This document shows, piece by piece, positions 41,570 through 55,432 of a stretch of DNA of 64,000 nt; positions within the stretch are counted from its first letter, which is position 1, and each line of letters begins with the position of its first letter. Source of the stretch: Octopus vulgaris (lineage: Eukaryota). The stretch is from the NCBI GenBank assembly GCA_951406725.2, contig OX597828.1, forward strand, positions 57,660,001-57,724,000, given 5' to 3'. Position numbers and translations under genes: made by a program. The notes under the pieces are model-generated. The model was not told the DNA's origin, did no database searches, and saw only the letters and a program-made list of their open reading frames with translations.

Positions 41570-42751
41570 AGTTTAATGATTTTAACTTTTGTCAAATGTG
41601 AAAACGATTTAACGCAAGTAAAGATTTCGTCGATATTTGTTCCCTTTACACTCACCACCTGAGGCTGACAGAAGACACTTGACGACACCATTACTCTCAT
41701 CTGAGATTTATTGTTCCGCAAGACATGCAATATCCTGTCCAGAACGTTCAAAACCTCTTTCTTATTAATAGTACATTAATCACGGCAATAGTTTGGCATC
41801 CTTTTATGATTCTGTCCAGTCCCCAAATTCTTGCAAATGTTGCAAACAGGCGAATGATTTGTGTACTATTACAAGACAATCACCTGGCTTCTTTAATGAC
41901 TTGCCCAGCTCCTAAATTCTTGTCGATATTTCTCACTGGAGCACTATTCTTGACTAGATACAAAAGGATCTTTAAAGGCGTGTCCTATAAGATTCAATGG
42001 AATGATTATGATGGCAGTACTTAAAGACACTACTGAAATAACTATGCCCTTATGCTGATGGAATATGGCAACGGGATCATCGCGGAAGCTTAATCCAGTT
42101 TGTTGCTACAAAACCCGAGCAAAAGTAGCCGAATTGAACACTCGCAGGTCTACTGTAAGTTTTGTTTCATTTTCGTTGTCGTATGATATGCGTCAACATT
42201 ATGGTTATCCCATTCTAAATGTCTCTTGTTAGATTATTGTAACCAGCTCTAAACTGTTTGTCCTCCTCAATGTTTGTGCTTGCTGTGTTCCAATAAAATA
42301 TTGTGATTTTAAATGCTGGGTGTCTTTCATGAAAGTAAACACGAAAAAGCATCAGGAAGCTCATTGCTACTGACGCAATTTCCCTACAGGAATTCGATAA
42401 TATTTTCGCGGTTGATTAGCTGAATCACAGAAAACATTGCATCGTTGAACCCATAATGGCAATTTTCATAAACGTAACTCAGAATTGATGTTTGTCTGCA
42501 GGAAGAACTTGAAAACCAATAACATATTGTCAACTTCAATCTGTGATACTAATTCTGGAAACCTCCACCCTCTCCTCATCATTTGTATGTGGGGTAGCCA
42601 TTAAAATCCGCCGAATCTCCTTCGCAAATTGTTTTAACAAACGCTTAGTGCTTTTGTTGTCTCCCATGCAAATTTAGAGTGTACAGACAATGAACCCCTT
42701 CTTTTTAAATATTAAAGAATTCTTTTGTTCTGACAGGCTTGAAGGCTTTGT

Positions 42752-42794
<43 letters not shown>

Positions 42795-43330
42795 CGTGAC
42801 ATGTGCGTAGCTGCATCCACCATTTGTTGGTTGATTCCAAACTTTTGATGGATAACACTTTTACATCACTCGGCCAACAACCCTCCGTTTCATGGGTCTA
42901 TTTGGGTAGTCGTTGCTAGCGAGGGTTTTACGAAACCGGAGTGCAAATCCTAACGCAACCTCTTTTACGAAACATAGGGAAAACGTTGGTTCTAATTTTT
43001 GTCATGCCGGTCCCTACACAGCATCGGGATAAGTGAATCTTATTTGTCAAACAGATAAAAGTATATGCATGCTGAAAATTCCATTTTTGTAAATGTATGG
43101 TATGTATATGATACCTGACCGACCCAAATATTTGACACTTACTAAACAACTCCATCATTTTTGCTCCTAGATGTGAAATTATGCCTGCGAATGAATGCGT
43201 GCCATTAAAGATTCCTTCGCAAAATTATTTCCATATGGAATTACAGGTGAAAATAAAGGCGAACTGTGACCGAGGCGGCAAACACATGTCCATGCGATGT
43301 TAGCATGAATCATTATTACAATACTAGAAA
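41570..43330 (-). mobile_element. Decayed Helitron RepHel (Rep/HUH plus helicase, internally deleted)
   Basis: 'FIFTCN..W', 'IFGSVRYHIHTIHLQKWNFQHAYTFICL' (EWQKRGLPHAH), 'NGYPTY', 'VSSNE', 'FHERHPA', 'VLDRILHVLRNNKS...KGTNIDEIFTCVKS'. Confidence 0.85.
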
Positions 43331-44230
43331 CATTTTAGCAAATCAACCATAAATTTAAGGAATGCAAAATTTAGTCGTGTCTGTAATTTGAGCTTGCAAC
43401 AAAAAAAAATTTAGATTCCAGCTCAAATTTCAATTATTTGTTTTCAATAGCAGACGTTTCTTGCCAGCATAATTAGAATTAACTTTTCATCAATCAAGAC
43501 TTACAATAAAATAGATTTGAAAAGAGAGACGGGGAATGGAAGGAGAGCATAAAACAGTTAAGGATAAATGTAATGTGTGTGAGAGAGAGAATGAAGCAGA
43601 AAGGAAGAGGGAAAGAGAGAAAGCAAGCAATGAAGATCAGGAAGTATGGTAAAATAGTAAAGCAGTGATTCAGCACTGGTTGTGTCAAAGGTGAAGTGAT
43701 ACGTGCGTAATAAACGGTAGAGTGCGAGAAGATTAACATAGGCGCACAGGAGTTTCCTCATGCATGTGTATGTGTGTGCGCGCGCGTGTGTGTGTGTCTG
43801 TGTGTGTGTGTGTTGCGTGTTCAGCTTAAGGTGAAGGTGTGATGAAAGCATTTATAACAAAACATTAAACTTTGTTTAATCCAATGAGTGCTGGCAAGGT
43901 GTAACAATGGTAAGTGTCCAACTGCGGACAAATAGTGAGAGTTGATGCCTGTATGTGTGTATAGGGTATGTACCAATATCTATATGAGTCAGGGAAGCCG
44001 AAATAACTTACGTGGACAAGAATGAGAAGTTGTAAGCAGTGATGAGCTAGTAGTGATAAGTTGGTCTGTGCTAAGTGAGAGGAAAAAGAATTATTCATGG
44101 CATCCATTGCGTTGAGGGAACTGGACTGTAAAATACATCCGCGCTGACTAAATTTAAAACGGCGCCAAACACTGCTGTACCACTACTGAGCTAATGCGCG
44201 GTAACGAAATATGGCTTCCCTGGACACTAC

Positions 44231-44261
<31 letters not shown>

Positions 44262-44268
<7 letters not shown>

Positions 44269-44533
44269 ATCACGTGACCGACCAGTCCATCAGATGTAGT
44301 TTTAGCCTTCGAATGACGCCATCCCGCTGGCTAAGCGAGCAGGCTAACAGAAGAAAGAGTGGGAGAAAGAGTGGTGAAAGAGTACAGCAAGGATCACCAC
44401 CCCCTGCCGGAGCCTCGTGGAGCTTTTAGGTGTTTTCGCTCAATAAACACTCACAACGCCTGGTCTGGGAATCGAAACCGCGATCCTACGACCACGAGTT
44501 CGCTGTCCTAACCACTGGGCCATTGCGCCTCCA
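44262..44533 (-). mobile_element. SINE family B1
   Basis: Reverse complement of the 2560 copy with a deletion; TCACGTGATCACGTGA tail abutting (TA)n. Confidence 0.9.
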
Positions 44534-44539
44534 CACATG

Positions 44540-45400
<861 letters not shown>

Positions 45401-45404
45401 TACT

Positions 45405-46445
45405 TTGAAAATACACAAAGGCCTACATATACCTCAAATACATAAATGATTCTAGTAACCAGCCAAACTTTATTAAGAGAAGCCTAGTACATAGCATTAG
45501 CAATAGAATATCACGCCTCTCTTCCAACATAAATATATGTAATAGGCATAAGAAAAATTTATAATACCGCACTACAGAAAGCAGGACTTAAACAAAATAT
45601 TAAATACCTTGACCTTAATCACCATCAAGTAGCCCAATCATTAATCCCATTAATACCAACCACACACCATACATCACCACAAACTACACGATCAATACGA
45701 ACAGTATGGGTAACCCCAACAAAAACAGCACCAATATGAACAACGCCGAGACACATACACAAACCACAAATGACAACAAAAATAACCACAACACTAACAC
45801 CGATGAAGTGATAATCAATAAAACTAACAATATTAACAAAACTAATAACACCAAGTACACAAATAAGCCCCAAAATAACATTAGCAACAGAAATGATAAT
45901 ATAAACCTACACATCGGTATGAATAAAACTAAAGCAACCCAACGAACTTACATGAACCCTCATATGCAAACAACACCAAAAGAACAGGCAAAGCTAATAG
46001 GAAAGTGAAACCTAACTATAGAAGTAAACAAGATAGCCATAACCATAACTTCACACACGACTCACAAACAAGGAGGGTAGATTCTATACTAGACAAAAAT
46101 GTACAATGCCAAAAATAGTGATAATATTTGGTTCGTAATCCCCTACACCATGCACCTCAAATCGAACATAGTTCGCTCATTAATGAAAATCATAGATAAA
46201 CACCTAAATATTAATAATAAATGCGCAAAATTATTTAGGAATAAAATTAGAGTAGGCTACAGCTTGACCAGCAACTTAGCTACAATGATAGCCTCAATAA
46301 TAAAAAGAATCTAGACAAATTCTATGAAACTAGGAAGATTGTAAACAATAAAAATAATAACCAACCAACTAATAGAACTAAGCCCACCACTAACGTAGCG
46401 CATCCTGCTAACTTCGATATCGACCTGAATAGTAATACCACCACC
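45405..46445 (+). mobile_element. Penelope-like element remnant: RT thumb, Asn/Thr-rich linker, IWF motif
   Basis: 'LKYINDSSNQPNFIKRSLVHSISNRISRLSSN', 'YNTALQKAG', 'NIWFVIPY...IIDKH...LFRNKIRVGYS'. Confidence 0.82.
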
Positions 46446-46448
46446 ACC

Positions 46449-46541
46449 CTAAAACTGTTTACCAAATGGCTTTGTAATTAGGAAAGTTTTACTTTCAAAT
46501 TTATAAGGGTAAAAAAAAGTATTTTAAAAAGTTTTACCGGT
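46449..46541. repeat. Inverted copy of 46971-47061
   Basis: AAACTGTTTACCAAATGGCTTTGTAATTAGGAAA is the near reverse complement of TTTCCTAATTACAAAACCATTTGGTAAGCAGTTT. Confidence 0.85.
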
Positions 46542-46717
46542 TGTTAAGATAACTTTTTTACGGATGATTAGCATTTTTTTTCCTGGAAGTTCTTATTACT
46601 TGCTGCTGGCTATGTGACTGCACTTCAATGCTTGATTTCATAACACAGAGTCAAGCACACAGCTCGCACGTGTAATTTCTGTGAGTATTCAGGTACATAA
46701 TGCAATGTCTTAGCGAT

Positions 46718-46784
46718 TCCACTGACGAAGTACGGATAACAAATTAATTTATTTGTTCATTAATGCATAAACTCGAATTTAAGG
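46718..46784 (+). ncRNA. Decayed hammerhead (first repeat unit)
   Basis: CUGACGA retained but GAAA changed to UAAA and stems I/III disrupted. Confidence 0.55.
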
Positions 46785-47190
46785 TTAACTATTAATAGAT
46801 TTTGTTTTCATTCTCTTTGGAATTCCTTTTTTTTTTTTCTTGGTTTGGGTTTGACTGCTCTTTTTAACATGTAAGGAGTCCTGTGAAGGGTGCCTTCTCT
46901 GTATATAAATCTTAATACACTCTTATATATGAAAATATGCTGTCTATTGAGTTTTATTACACATGCTAAACACCGGTAAAAATAAATTATAATTGTTTTA
47001 CTCTTATAATTTTCACAGTAAAATTTTCCTAATTACAAAACCATTTGGTAAGCAGTTTAAGTTTATTATTTGCTGCTGGCTACGTGGCTATGCCTGCGCG
47101 CTTGATTTGATAACATAATGTGTAAGTATGCAGCTGGCACTTGTAATTTCGGTACGTATTAAGCAACATAATTATGCATTGTCTTAACGT

Positions 47191-47258
47191 TCCCACTGAC
47201 GAAGTACGGATGACAAATTAATTTATTTGTTCATTAATACAGAAACTCGAGTATGGGG
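47191..47258 (+). ncRNA. Type-I hammerhead ribozyme, intact core
   Basis: UCCCA-CUGACGA-[extended stem II]-GAAA-CUCGAG-UA-UGGGG. Confidence 0.85.
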
Positions 47259-47485
47259 TTAACTATAAATAATTTTTGTTTTCATTCTCTTTGGAATTAC
47301 TTTTTTCGTGATTTGGGTTTGACAGCCCTTTTTATCATGTAAGACGTCCTGTCAATGATTTTCTCTGTGTATAAACCCTTATACACACTTATATATGAAA
47401 ATATGTTTTCTGTTGACTTTTATTATGCATTCTAACCACCAGAAAAAAATTTAGTATAATTTCCTTTATTCTTATAATATTCACA

Positions 47486-47559
<74 letters not shown>

Positions 47560-47564
<5 letters not shown>

Positions 47565-47882
47565 CTACTAAAACGTCAGTCCGACCAAAACCTTGTGAGT
47601 GGATTTGGTAAACAGAAACTGAATGAAGCCCGTCGTATATAAATGTATATATTTATGTATGTTCGTGTGTATCTGTGCTTGTCGCCCCGCCATGACTTGA
47701 TAACCGATCCTGGAATGCTGATGCTCTTGTAACTTAGCGGTTCGATAAAATATTCCGGTAAAATTAGTACTAGGCTTTCAAGGAATAAGTCCTTCGGTCG
47801 ATTTCTTGGACTAAAATCCTTTAAGGTGGTGCTCCAGTATGGACGCAATCAAATGACTGAAACAAGTAAAAGAATAAAAGAA
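47560..47882 (+). mobile_element. SINE family A, 5'-truncated
   Basis: CCGACCAAAACCTTGTGAGTGGATTTGG...GACTGAAACAAGTAAAAGA. Confidence 0.85.
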
Positions 47883-47910
47883 TATCTCTCCATATATCCC
47901 TATGTATCAT

Positions 47911-47984
<74 letters not shown>

Positions 47985-48196
47985 TATTTTATATATGAAT
48001 CCCCCGCGTGTTTATTTGCATCACCATCCCCAAATCAGTTCACCTGGATTCCTCTTGCAGCCTTTACTTACCCTGCGGACTTATTTCTCGATGAACACCT
48101 CGAAGTCTAAGTCAAATTATTTGAGCACCTCCACATGTTTACTATATTGAGCATCTCTGGATATCACCTGTTGTCTCTGTATGTGACTGTGTGTGC

Positions 48197-48228
<32 letters not shown>

Positions 48229-48777
48229 AGGAAAGAGATAGTTTGTAGGTGCTCTTATGTACGTATAAGTGTATGCGTGTGCGTGTATGTATTTAATTGT
48301 AGGCATATAAACATTTTCTAAACATACATATGCTTATAAACACACACCAGCTGACTGTAAGATGAAAAGTCTGAGTGTTTGTTTGCAATAGATATTACAA
48401 ATAAAGGGATGTTGTAGTTGCCAAATATAATAGTTACTGTTTGACTTCAGTCAATATTCATGATTAAACCGTTGATATATCATCGAAATATGATACAAAA
48501 TTTGATGTTTGGCGTATATTTCAAATAAGATAAGTATGGTAAGAGAGTTCAAAAAAGAAAGATGTAGAAGATGATGTGGATTCTGGTGATAAAATAGTGA
48601 TGAACGTCTTAGTCAACGCTGACGTTTGTTTGTTTCATTGTATTCAGTGACTAAATGTTGTCAAGAATATATTATTAATACATTTCGATGAGACGGGACA
48701 GTTTTAAACAACACTATATTTGTTTGTTGTCTAAGTTCATTTACATTCCTTGTAATGATATATGAATATAAAATCAA

Positions 48778-48833
<56 letters not shown>

Positions 48834-48859
48834 CACTAATAATTATAATAATGATGATG

Positions 48860-50037
48860 ATGATTGATGATTTCATTTATTTGCTACCAGAGCAAAAGAT
48901 GAGGGGGCAGTACAAAGATAGATATAAAGTGTGGTAGTTTACATATAATGAAATGATAGGGGAAAATGTAAGAATACACAGTATACAATGGAAAGGAAGG
49001 GACATACACATAATATACAAAGGTTAAAAATTTCTGAGGAGAGGGTGATAGAGATGTAGCCCGCCTGATACAAGATGATCTATAGGAATAATCAAGAAAC
49101 CCCACCGTCCGAGATTTCCCTGAACAACAAGAGCAAGTACCCACTCCAGTTCTTTCTCTCCGACGCACAGGTCTACACTTAGACAGGTACCATCCACTCT
49201 TACCATTTCCGCAACTTTCACCCACCTTTCAGTAAACTCACTTGAAGACAGCATTTCCCTCTCCACTCTCAGTTCCCTTTTCAAGTGAAACTTGAAGAAG
49301 TCAATTCGAGCTCTACCAAATAGGAATTTATCTGTCCTCATGCCTTTCAGCCTTGTCCATTAAACAACCTCTTTCGCCACAGCCACCAGGAAAAGGAAAA
49401 CTGCCTTGCCTGCCCGAATGAAGGAGGGTGGTTGAGTAATCATCCCTACAGACTCGACCGACAGACGGATCCGTCCTTCACGTGACAGCAGCTGTTCAAC
49501 ATAACCAAACAAGTCAGCAATGTCCAGACACTGAACGAGTGCACGCAGGACGGGTTCGTCACTCAGCGTGCACTTCGAACAAGCCCGTCTGACAGCATAA
49601 CCGTACCTGTAGAGATTATCTCGAACCGGTAACGCCACCTGGTAGCATTGCCAAGCCAAGAACACCTGGAACTTATCCATGACAGTTTCCGTCCGCAAAG
49701 TCCTCCGAAAAAGACTAGCCAGTTCGTTTTCGATGAAGTTCAATGTCTCTCCGAGAACGTATCGCACTTGCCCGCCACTAATCCTTCATGCGTCCAAAAT
49801 CCCATTCTAGTCTCCTACTAGTTCTAAACTGTGAGGCATTCCCAGGAATGTTTCTTGACGCCTGAGGAATCCTGGCCTTCCAGTATGAACGACTACCAAC
49901 GTAAGGGCGCCACCTTCGCCACTATTGACATCTGGAACCACCAACCTGCCGCCCGGGTCCACGAAGATTCCCTTTACTTCGAGACTTAAGGATTTTCGGA
50001 ATAGCGCTGCTACCCTGCCGCTCGCTCCCGACAGACC
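48860..50037 (-). mobile_element. L1/Tx1-like LINE, endonuclease piece fused to C-terminal Cys domain and 3' UTR
   Basis: 'GRVAALFRK...GGRLVV...LVGD*NGILD' (49780-50037) followed by 'LAWQCYQVALPVRD...CSKC...EPVLRALVQC', 'FFKFHLKRELRVERE', AATAAA and (CAT)n tail. Confidence 0.85.
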
Positions 50038-50049
50038 TAATGATGAGAA

Positions 50050-51500
50050 TATCTCATAGTCTTCGATAATTGCGCATTAGAAATCTTTGTCTCACTAATT
50101 GCAGCCAAGAAGTGGGGTATAATGCACCTGAAATGAGGTAAGGTACATCCCTTGCAGGGAAAGAATAACCTTATAGGGAAATGGTTAAACAAATTAAAAA
50201 AGAAGGCTGCAAATACCTTTGCATACGAGAGTTCCACGAAATAATGGAGAAGGAAATGAAAGAGCAACTAAGGATGGAATATTCCGAAGAATAAAATTGG
50301 CGTTGCGCTCGAAATTGACCGGATGGTATAAACTCCCAGCTGTTAATACAAGGGCGATAGCATCACTTAGGCATGGAGTTGGAATCATAAAATGACAAAA
50401 CAAAAAGAACTGGTGAACATACATACGAAGAAAAATATTGAAAGTGTACGGAGTTTTCCATCCTAAGAGCGACACAGATAGGCTGTACTTGCCCAGAAGA
50501 AAGGGTGGGAGAGATTTAATCAGTTGCCAGGATTGTATCGAAGCTGAGGCAAACAGCTTAGGGTGGTATGTAAAAAATGCTGTGGAAACATTGTTGAAGC
50601 ATATGAAGAAAATAATTGTGTTAAGAAAGAAAACCACTAAGAGGGGAAAAGAGCACAAAAAAGTAACAGCAAGGAAGGAGAAAAATGTATGCTCAATTTG
50701 CAAGAGACACGAACGCCAAAACAGCTAAAGAAGACCGGTGGTTATGGATTAGGAGGAGTGACCTGAAGATAGATACAGAAGGATTTATGTGCGCGGCTCA
50801 AGAACAATCGTTAAGGATTCTGTGAAATGCAGAATCGACAACACCACCGAGAGCGACAAATGTAGAATGTGTGGTAGAGGGGGGAAACAGTGTGGTAGAG
50901 GGGTGAAATTGTGTGGAAGAGGGGTGAAACGGTGTAGCACACTGTTTGCAAAATACCCATAATTGGCACAAAAGACGACATGATTATGTGACTAGAATGA
51001 TCTGTGGAAATTACAGCCTACAAAAAGCAAAGACGTGATATGAGCAAACTCTAGAAGTAATCACCGAGAACGAAAATTGCAAAATCTTGTAGGATCACCT
51101 GTGCAGACATCATAAACTGGACATTGCTGGGGTAGAAAAAGGAAAGAACATGCCCGATAATCGTCATAGCATGTTCTGAACACAACAGGAATAAAGAGAA
51201 AGAAGAAAAACTGAACAACTCTGATTCGAAGTGAGAAATAGAAGAATGTGGTCAATGAGGGAAGTAGACGTGATCGCAATAGTAACTGGCGCAGTTGGAA
51301 GTAGCAACACTCAAGTAACAACATGGTACAAAAGGATTGGGGCAAAAGTAAAGGAAGAACGCATACAAAACTCAGCAATGCTTGGAACTGCAACAATTCT
51401 TCGCAGGGTTCGAGAAGAATGACCAGCAAACAGGTATCACCTTAGTCTGCTGGAAGCTGACACTTTCCATCATAACAGCAAAATAAGCTTAGAGTTTTCA
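50050..51500 (+). mobile_element. R4/Dong-like LINE 3' half (late RT, CCHC, restriction-like endonuclease), decayed
   Basis: 'HPKSDTDRLYLPRRKGGRDL', 'TEGFMCAAQEQ', 'KCRMCG', 'ENENCKIL', 'VIAIVTGAVG...SAMLGTATILRRV'. Confidence 0.88.
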
Positions 51501-51666
51501 AGAAGAAGAAGAAGAAGAAGAAGAAGAAGAAGAAGAAGAAGAAGAAGAAGAAGAAGAAGAAGAAGAAGAAGAAGAAGAAGAAGAAGAAGAAGAAGAAGAA
51601 GAAGAAGAAGAAGAAGAAGAAGAAGAAGAAGAAGAAGAAGAAGAAGAAGAAGAAGAAGAAGAAGAA
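51500..51666. repeat. (AAG)n microsatellite at the LINE 3' end
   Basis: Directly visible. Confidence 0.98.
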
Positions 51667-51780
51667 GGCTGGCCGTGAAAGAAGGCGGCTGGACGTGTTC
51701 TTCACTGTTCTGACCTGTCAGCAGTTGAAGTCACAGAAATACGAATACAACCCAGCAGGACAACTGAAAAAATAACTCAA

Positions 51781-52621
51781 AAAGACTGGAATATCTACAG
51801 TTTTCTGTGATTATTTTGAACTTCCCTCAAAAGAAGTTAAGGAACTTAAAAATCTGCAGCTTTGGACATACAAACGAACATTTTCCCGTCTTCCCTAACA
51901 GAATATGTAAACATGCCTTTTATTGTAACAACACAATTAAATGCGCGATAAAAAAATTAAGGAAGTAAGCACCTGCCAATATATACATACAGTACAACAA
52001 CAAAAACTGTAAACCACAGCAAAACTTTAAAAAAACAAAAAGAAAAATCCCAAAAGAAAAAGTTATTCAAAAATTCAACAAGATGAACATCTCTTCCTAC
52101 TACTATTTCCAAAGACTGGAATATCTATAATTTCCTTTGAATATTTTAAATCTCCCTCAAAATAAAATAAGTTAGGAAACTTACATATTTACAGCTTTCG
52201 AACACAAACGATCAGCTTTATAAAAGAAAAAAAACGCTTTAATATCTACAAAAAAATGTGTGACGACTCATCGTATTCTCTCTCCCTGAATATTCGAAAA
52301 TGTAAACATCATCCTCCTTTTTATTCTAAGAACGCTACCATTTCTCTCTGTGCGGTCATACAAAAGACCATATTTAATAACTTTTAAAACTTTACTATCT
52401 ACATGTTTTCTTTTCTTTTTGACACTCCCTGAGTGTTCGAAAATGTAAACATCCTTTTCATTGCAAAAAGTCCTACTGTTTTTTTCCAACTGGATAGACA
52501 AATGAACATCTCAAGAAAAACTTAAAAACATTGATATAATACCCAAAAACGTAAACACGCTTTTTTATTGCAACAACACAATTGAATTCAGAAATTCAAA
52601 AGTTCAACAACTTGAACATCA
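51781..52621 (+). repeat. Patchwork of short imperfect direct repeats
   Basis: AAAGACTGGAATATCTA at 51781 and 52111; TTTTATTG.AACAACACAATT at ~51917 and ~52563; CTCCCTGA...TTCGAAAATGTAAACATC at ~52283 and ~52425. Confidence 0.8.
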
Positions 52622-52623
52622 GA

Positions 52624-52682
<59 letters not shown>

Positions 52683-53179
52683 ATATTATTATTATTGTTT
52701 TTTCTACCAGTAATTACAAATAGAACAGGTTGAATGGCTTCTTTTCAAGGCAGCGCTGCCAATATCCACAGGTAGTAGTAACAACATTTGACCTCTGCGG
52801 ACCTAAAAGCTGCGAAGAGTCCTTTGTTTCTATGGCTGACCTCCCCACCGTCTGCCAAATCTATTTATAGACCTGTAGTTTATGATCTATTCACCAAACT
52901 GCTACCCAAATTTTCCCTAAAGCTATGGTGGTGGTGGTGATGGTGATAATGATAAAAATAAAAATAATAATATGCTGCAGCTGCTAATACTAAATACTAC
53001 TAACACTAAATTAACACTACAACTACTACTATTATGATAGCACAGGTATCTGAGGTCCAACTACCACCCTTACCACTAACCCCACCCACGCTACTGTTGC
53101 TGCTGCAACCACTGCTGCTACAACACATGAAAACAATAATATCAGTGGTATCAGTGATAATGATAATAATGATAACGAA

Positions 53180-54245
53180 AGGAAACGGGTGGAGTCTCCT
53201 CATTCTCATGAGCTGATTAATGATACATCTAGTGATGGTGTCACAATAAAACACTGGTAACTGCACAACCTGATGATCGCTACCTCATATGAGTGACAAT
53301 GAAAAAACAAAATATTGTGAATAACGGTGGTAATGAAAGTGAAGCCATTGATGGTGATAGTGTTACACCCGGTAGGCTCAGAGATTCTGGTCCTGCTCCA
53401 GCCTGTCAATATCCAGAAAGGGATCACCACACACGGTGTAGACGGAGCAAGCAAATTAATGCTGTGGTCATGGAGTGTTACTACTTGAGCATCCCGCTAG
53501 ATGAAAATGGTGCTCAAATTAGGGGTTACCGACAACGTATGTATGATCATTGGAGAGAAAAGGGATTGTTTCAACTCACGGAACAGAGACTGTGTTATCA
53601 AACTAGAGCAATAAGGAAAAATTGTTGGTTCACAGAAGTAGAGCTCGAAGTTATCAAAAGACGGGTCATGGAAAATAGCAGCAGAGATAACAATGAAAAT
53701 ACAGTTCTTACTAATAAGAGTAATCCCACAGCACAGGAATGGAGCAGGTGTAGTTTACTTGATGAGAGACATAGATGATCTAAAAGAAGACAATAAAACT
53801 AATGGTGACATGACAGATGAACAATTGGCAATCTACGATAGTAAAAGGTAAGAGTACAGGAGAACATTAGCGACATTATTTGCAAAGGTTGATTGATGGA
53901 AATTGAACAAAGAAACGAAAAATGTCAATGAAATTCTTAAATACATCAGAACAAATAACATCACAGAAACAAACAATTTGATCAAAGCAGCAAGTATTGT
54001 TGTAGCAGAAAACGTGGGCGTTGATGTCAAGAAAAAGAAATATAGTGGGCGTGACAAAAGAAAAGATCCATGGTGGAAAAGAAGAATCCATGCAGGGTTA
54101 GACATGATTTCGAAGGAAATCTCTCTTTTAGACCGAAAAGAGAAAGAGGAGCTGAAAAGCGAACAAAAATACAGGGCACTGAAAAGGAAGTATAATATTG
54201 ACAGAAAGGGTCTGAAAGTAGGAGTGGAGGAACTGAAACTGAATT
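53180..54245 (+). mobile_element. R4/Dong-like LINE 5' part (N-terminal domain), decayed
   Basis: 'NAVVMECYYLS...RGYRQRMYDHWREKGLFQLTEQRL..Q.RAIRKN.WFTEVELE', 'ITETNNLIKAAS', 'PWWKRRI'. Confidence 0.85.
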
Positions 54246-54347
54246 CCTCTCAACACTTCCTCTCAACACTTCCCCAAAACTTCTGCTCGTAATCAGTAAT
54301 GCACATATCGTCAGTCTTATTATTATTATTATTATTAGTAGTATTAT

Positions 54348-54406
<59 letters not shown>

Positions 54407-54437
54407 TTTTTATTATCATCATCATCATCATCATCAT

Positions 54438-54640
54438 TAAGGTGGTGAGCTGGGGAAAATGCTGATCGAATTTTTCGTCCGTCCTTACGTTCCCAGTTCA
54501 AATCCTGCTGAGGTCTGCTTTGCTTTTTCATCTTTTCGGATTTCATATTAAAAGGTAATAATGAAAAAAAACTGAGGTCGCTGTAGTCGATTAACGCCTT
54601 CTCTTTATCACTGATGAACTTGTACCAAAATTTCAAGCAA
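54438..54640 (+). mobile_element. SINE family C
   Basis: AAGGTGGTGAGCTGG head, GTTCAAATCC, CTTTGCTTTTTCATCTTTTCGG, CTTGTACCAAAATTT. Confidence 0.72.
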
Positions 54641-55432
54641 TCATTATTATTATCATTATTACTATTATTATTATTATTATTACTATTATTATTATTTTGT
54701 TGTGGTTGTTGTTACCATTGTTGCTACTGCTGCTATTCTTATTGTGGTTGTTGTTAGATATTATTAACATTGCTGTTCCGTTTTACTGGTTTATTTGGTC
54801 GTGATACGAAGGAATGGAACTAATAATACTTCTGTTCCACCAGAATGAACTTGAGTGGCTTGTACAAGAATTTCATCATATTACAGATGTTAAAATTAAC
54901 GTAAATTCAGAACAGAATTGCTTATGTGTGTGTGTATAAATAACAAAAGAAAAATGGATTGTCATAAATTTAGATTTATTCCCTCTTGTTACGTGTCTAA
55001 ACATTGATTATGTAGTGTACAACCAAATAAATACCAATGCCACTCGTGTAAATCAAGTCGGTTAGGCATAAACAACTGTCATTGCGTAGACAGTGAAATA
55101 CCGGTTTCACTCCCTTTGGAATTTCAGCAGTAGCTACGTACCTGTCTATATATATATTTACGCAGAGATGTTGTTTACAGGGCAACAGTAATTTAGCGGT
55201 TCCATAATTTATGATTTATATCTTGTCGACTGAATTTGCCAATAAAAATCACAACTAATAAAATTCTCCCGTCTTAATCTCTAACCTTGTCTAAGAAAAC
55301 ATACGAAAATTATTCTCTTGTACTTCACTGACTCTTTTTGACTGTAAATTTGTATGGTGTTCAAACTATGTCACAAGAACCCACTTAACATATGATTGCG
55401 TTGAAATTTTCTTCGCGTTACTGATAATCAAA

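Larger units (their letters stand above)
46587..47487 (+). repeat. Tandem direct repeat, unit ~472 bp (46587-47058 and 47059-47487), each unit with a hammerhead motif
   Basis: Shared blocks TTGCTGCTGGCTA, CCACTGACGAAGTACGGAT, TTTTGTTTTCATTCTCTTTGGAATT, CTTATATATGAAAATATG. Confidence 0.92.

Noticed and set aside
52700-52925. Possible CRE-like LINE 3' end on the minus strand or HDV-like motif on the plus strand
   Set aside because: Only faint motif echoes; neither reading could be completed
53270-53305. CTGATGA...GAAA upstream of Dong-like ORF
   Set aside because: Stem II not adjacent to GAAA and no stem III or cleavage triplet
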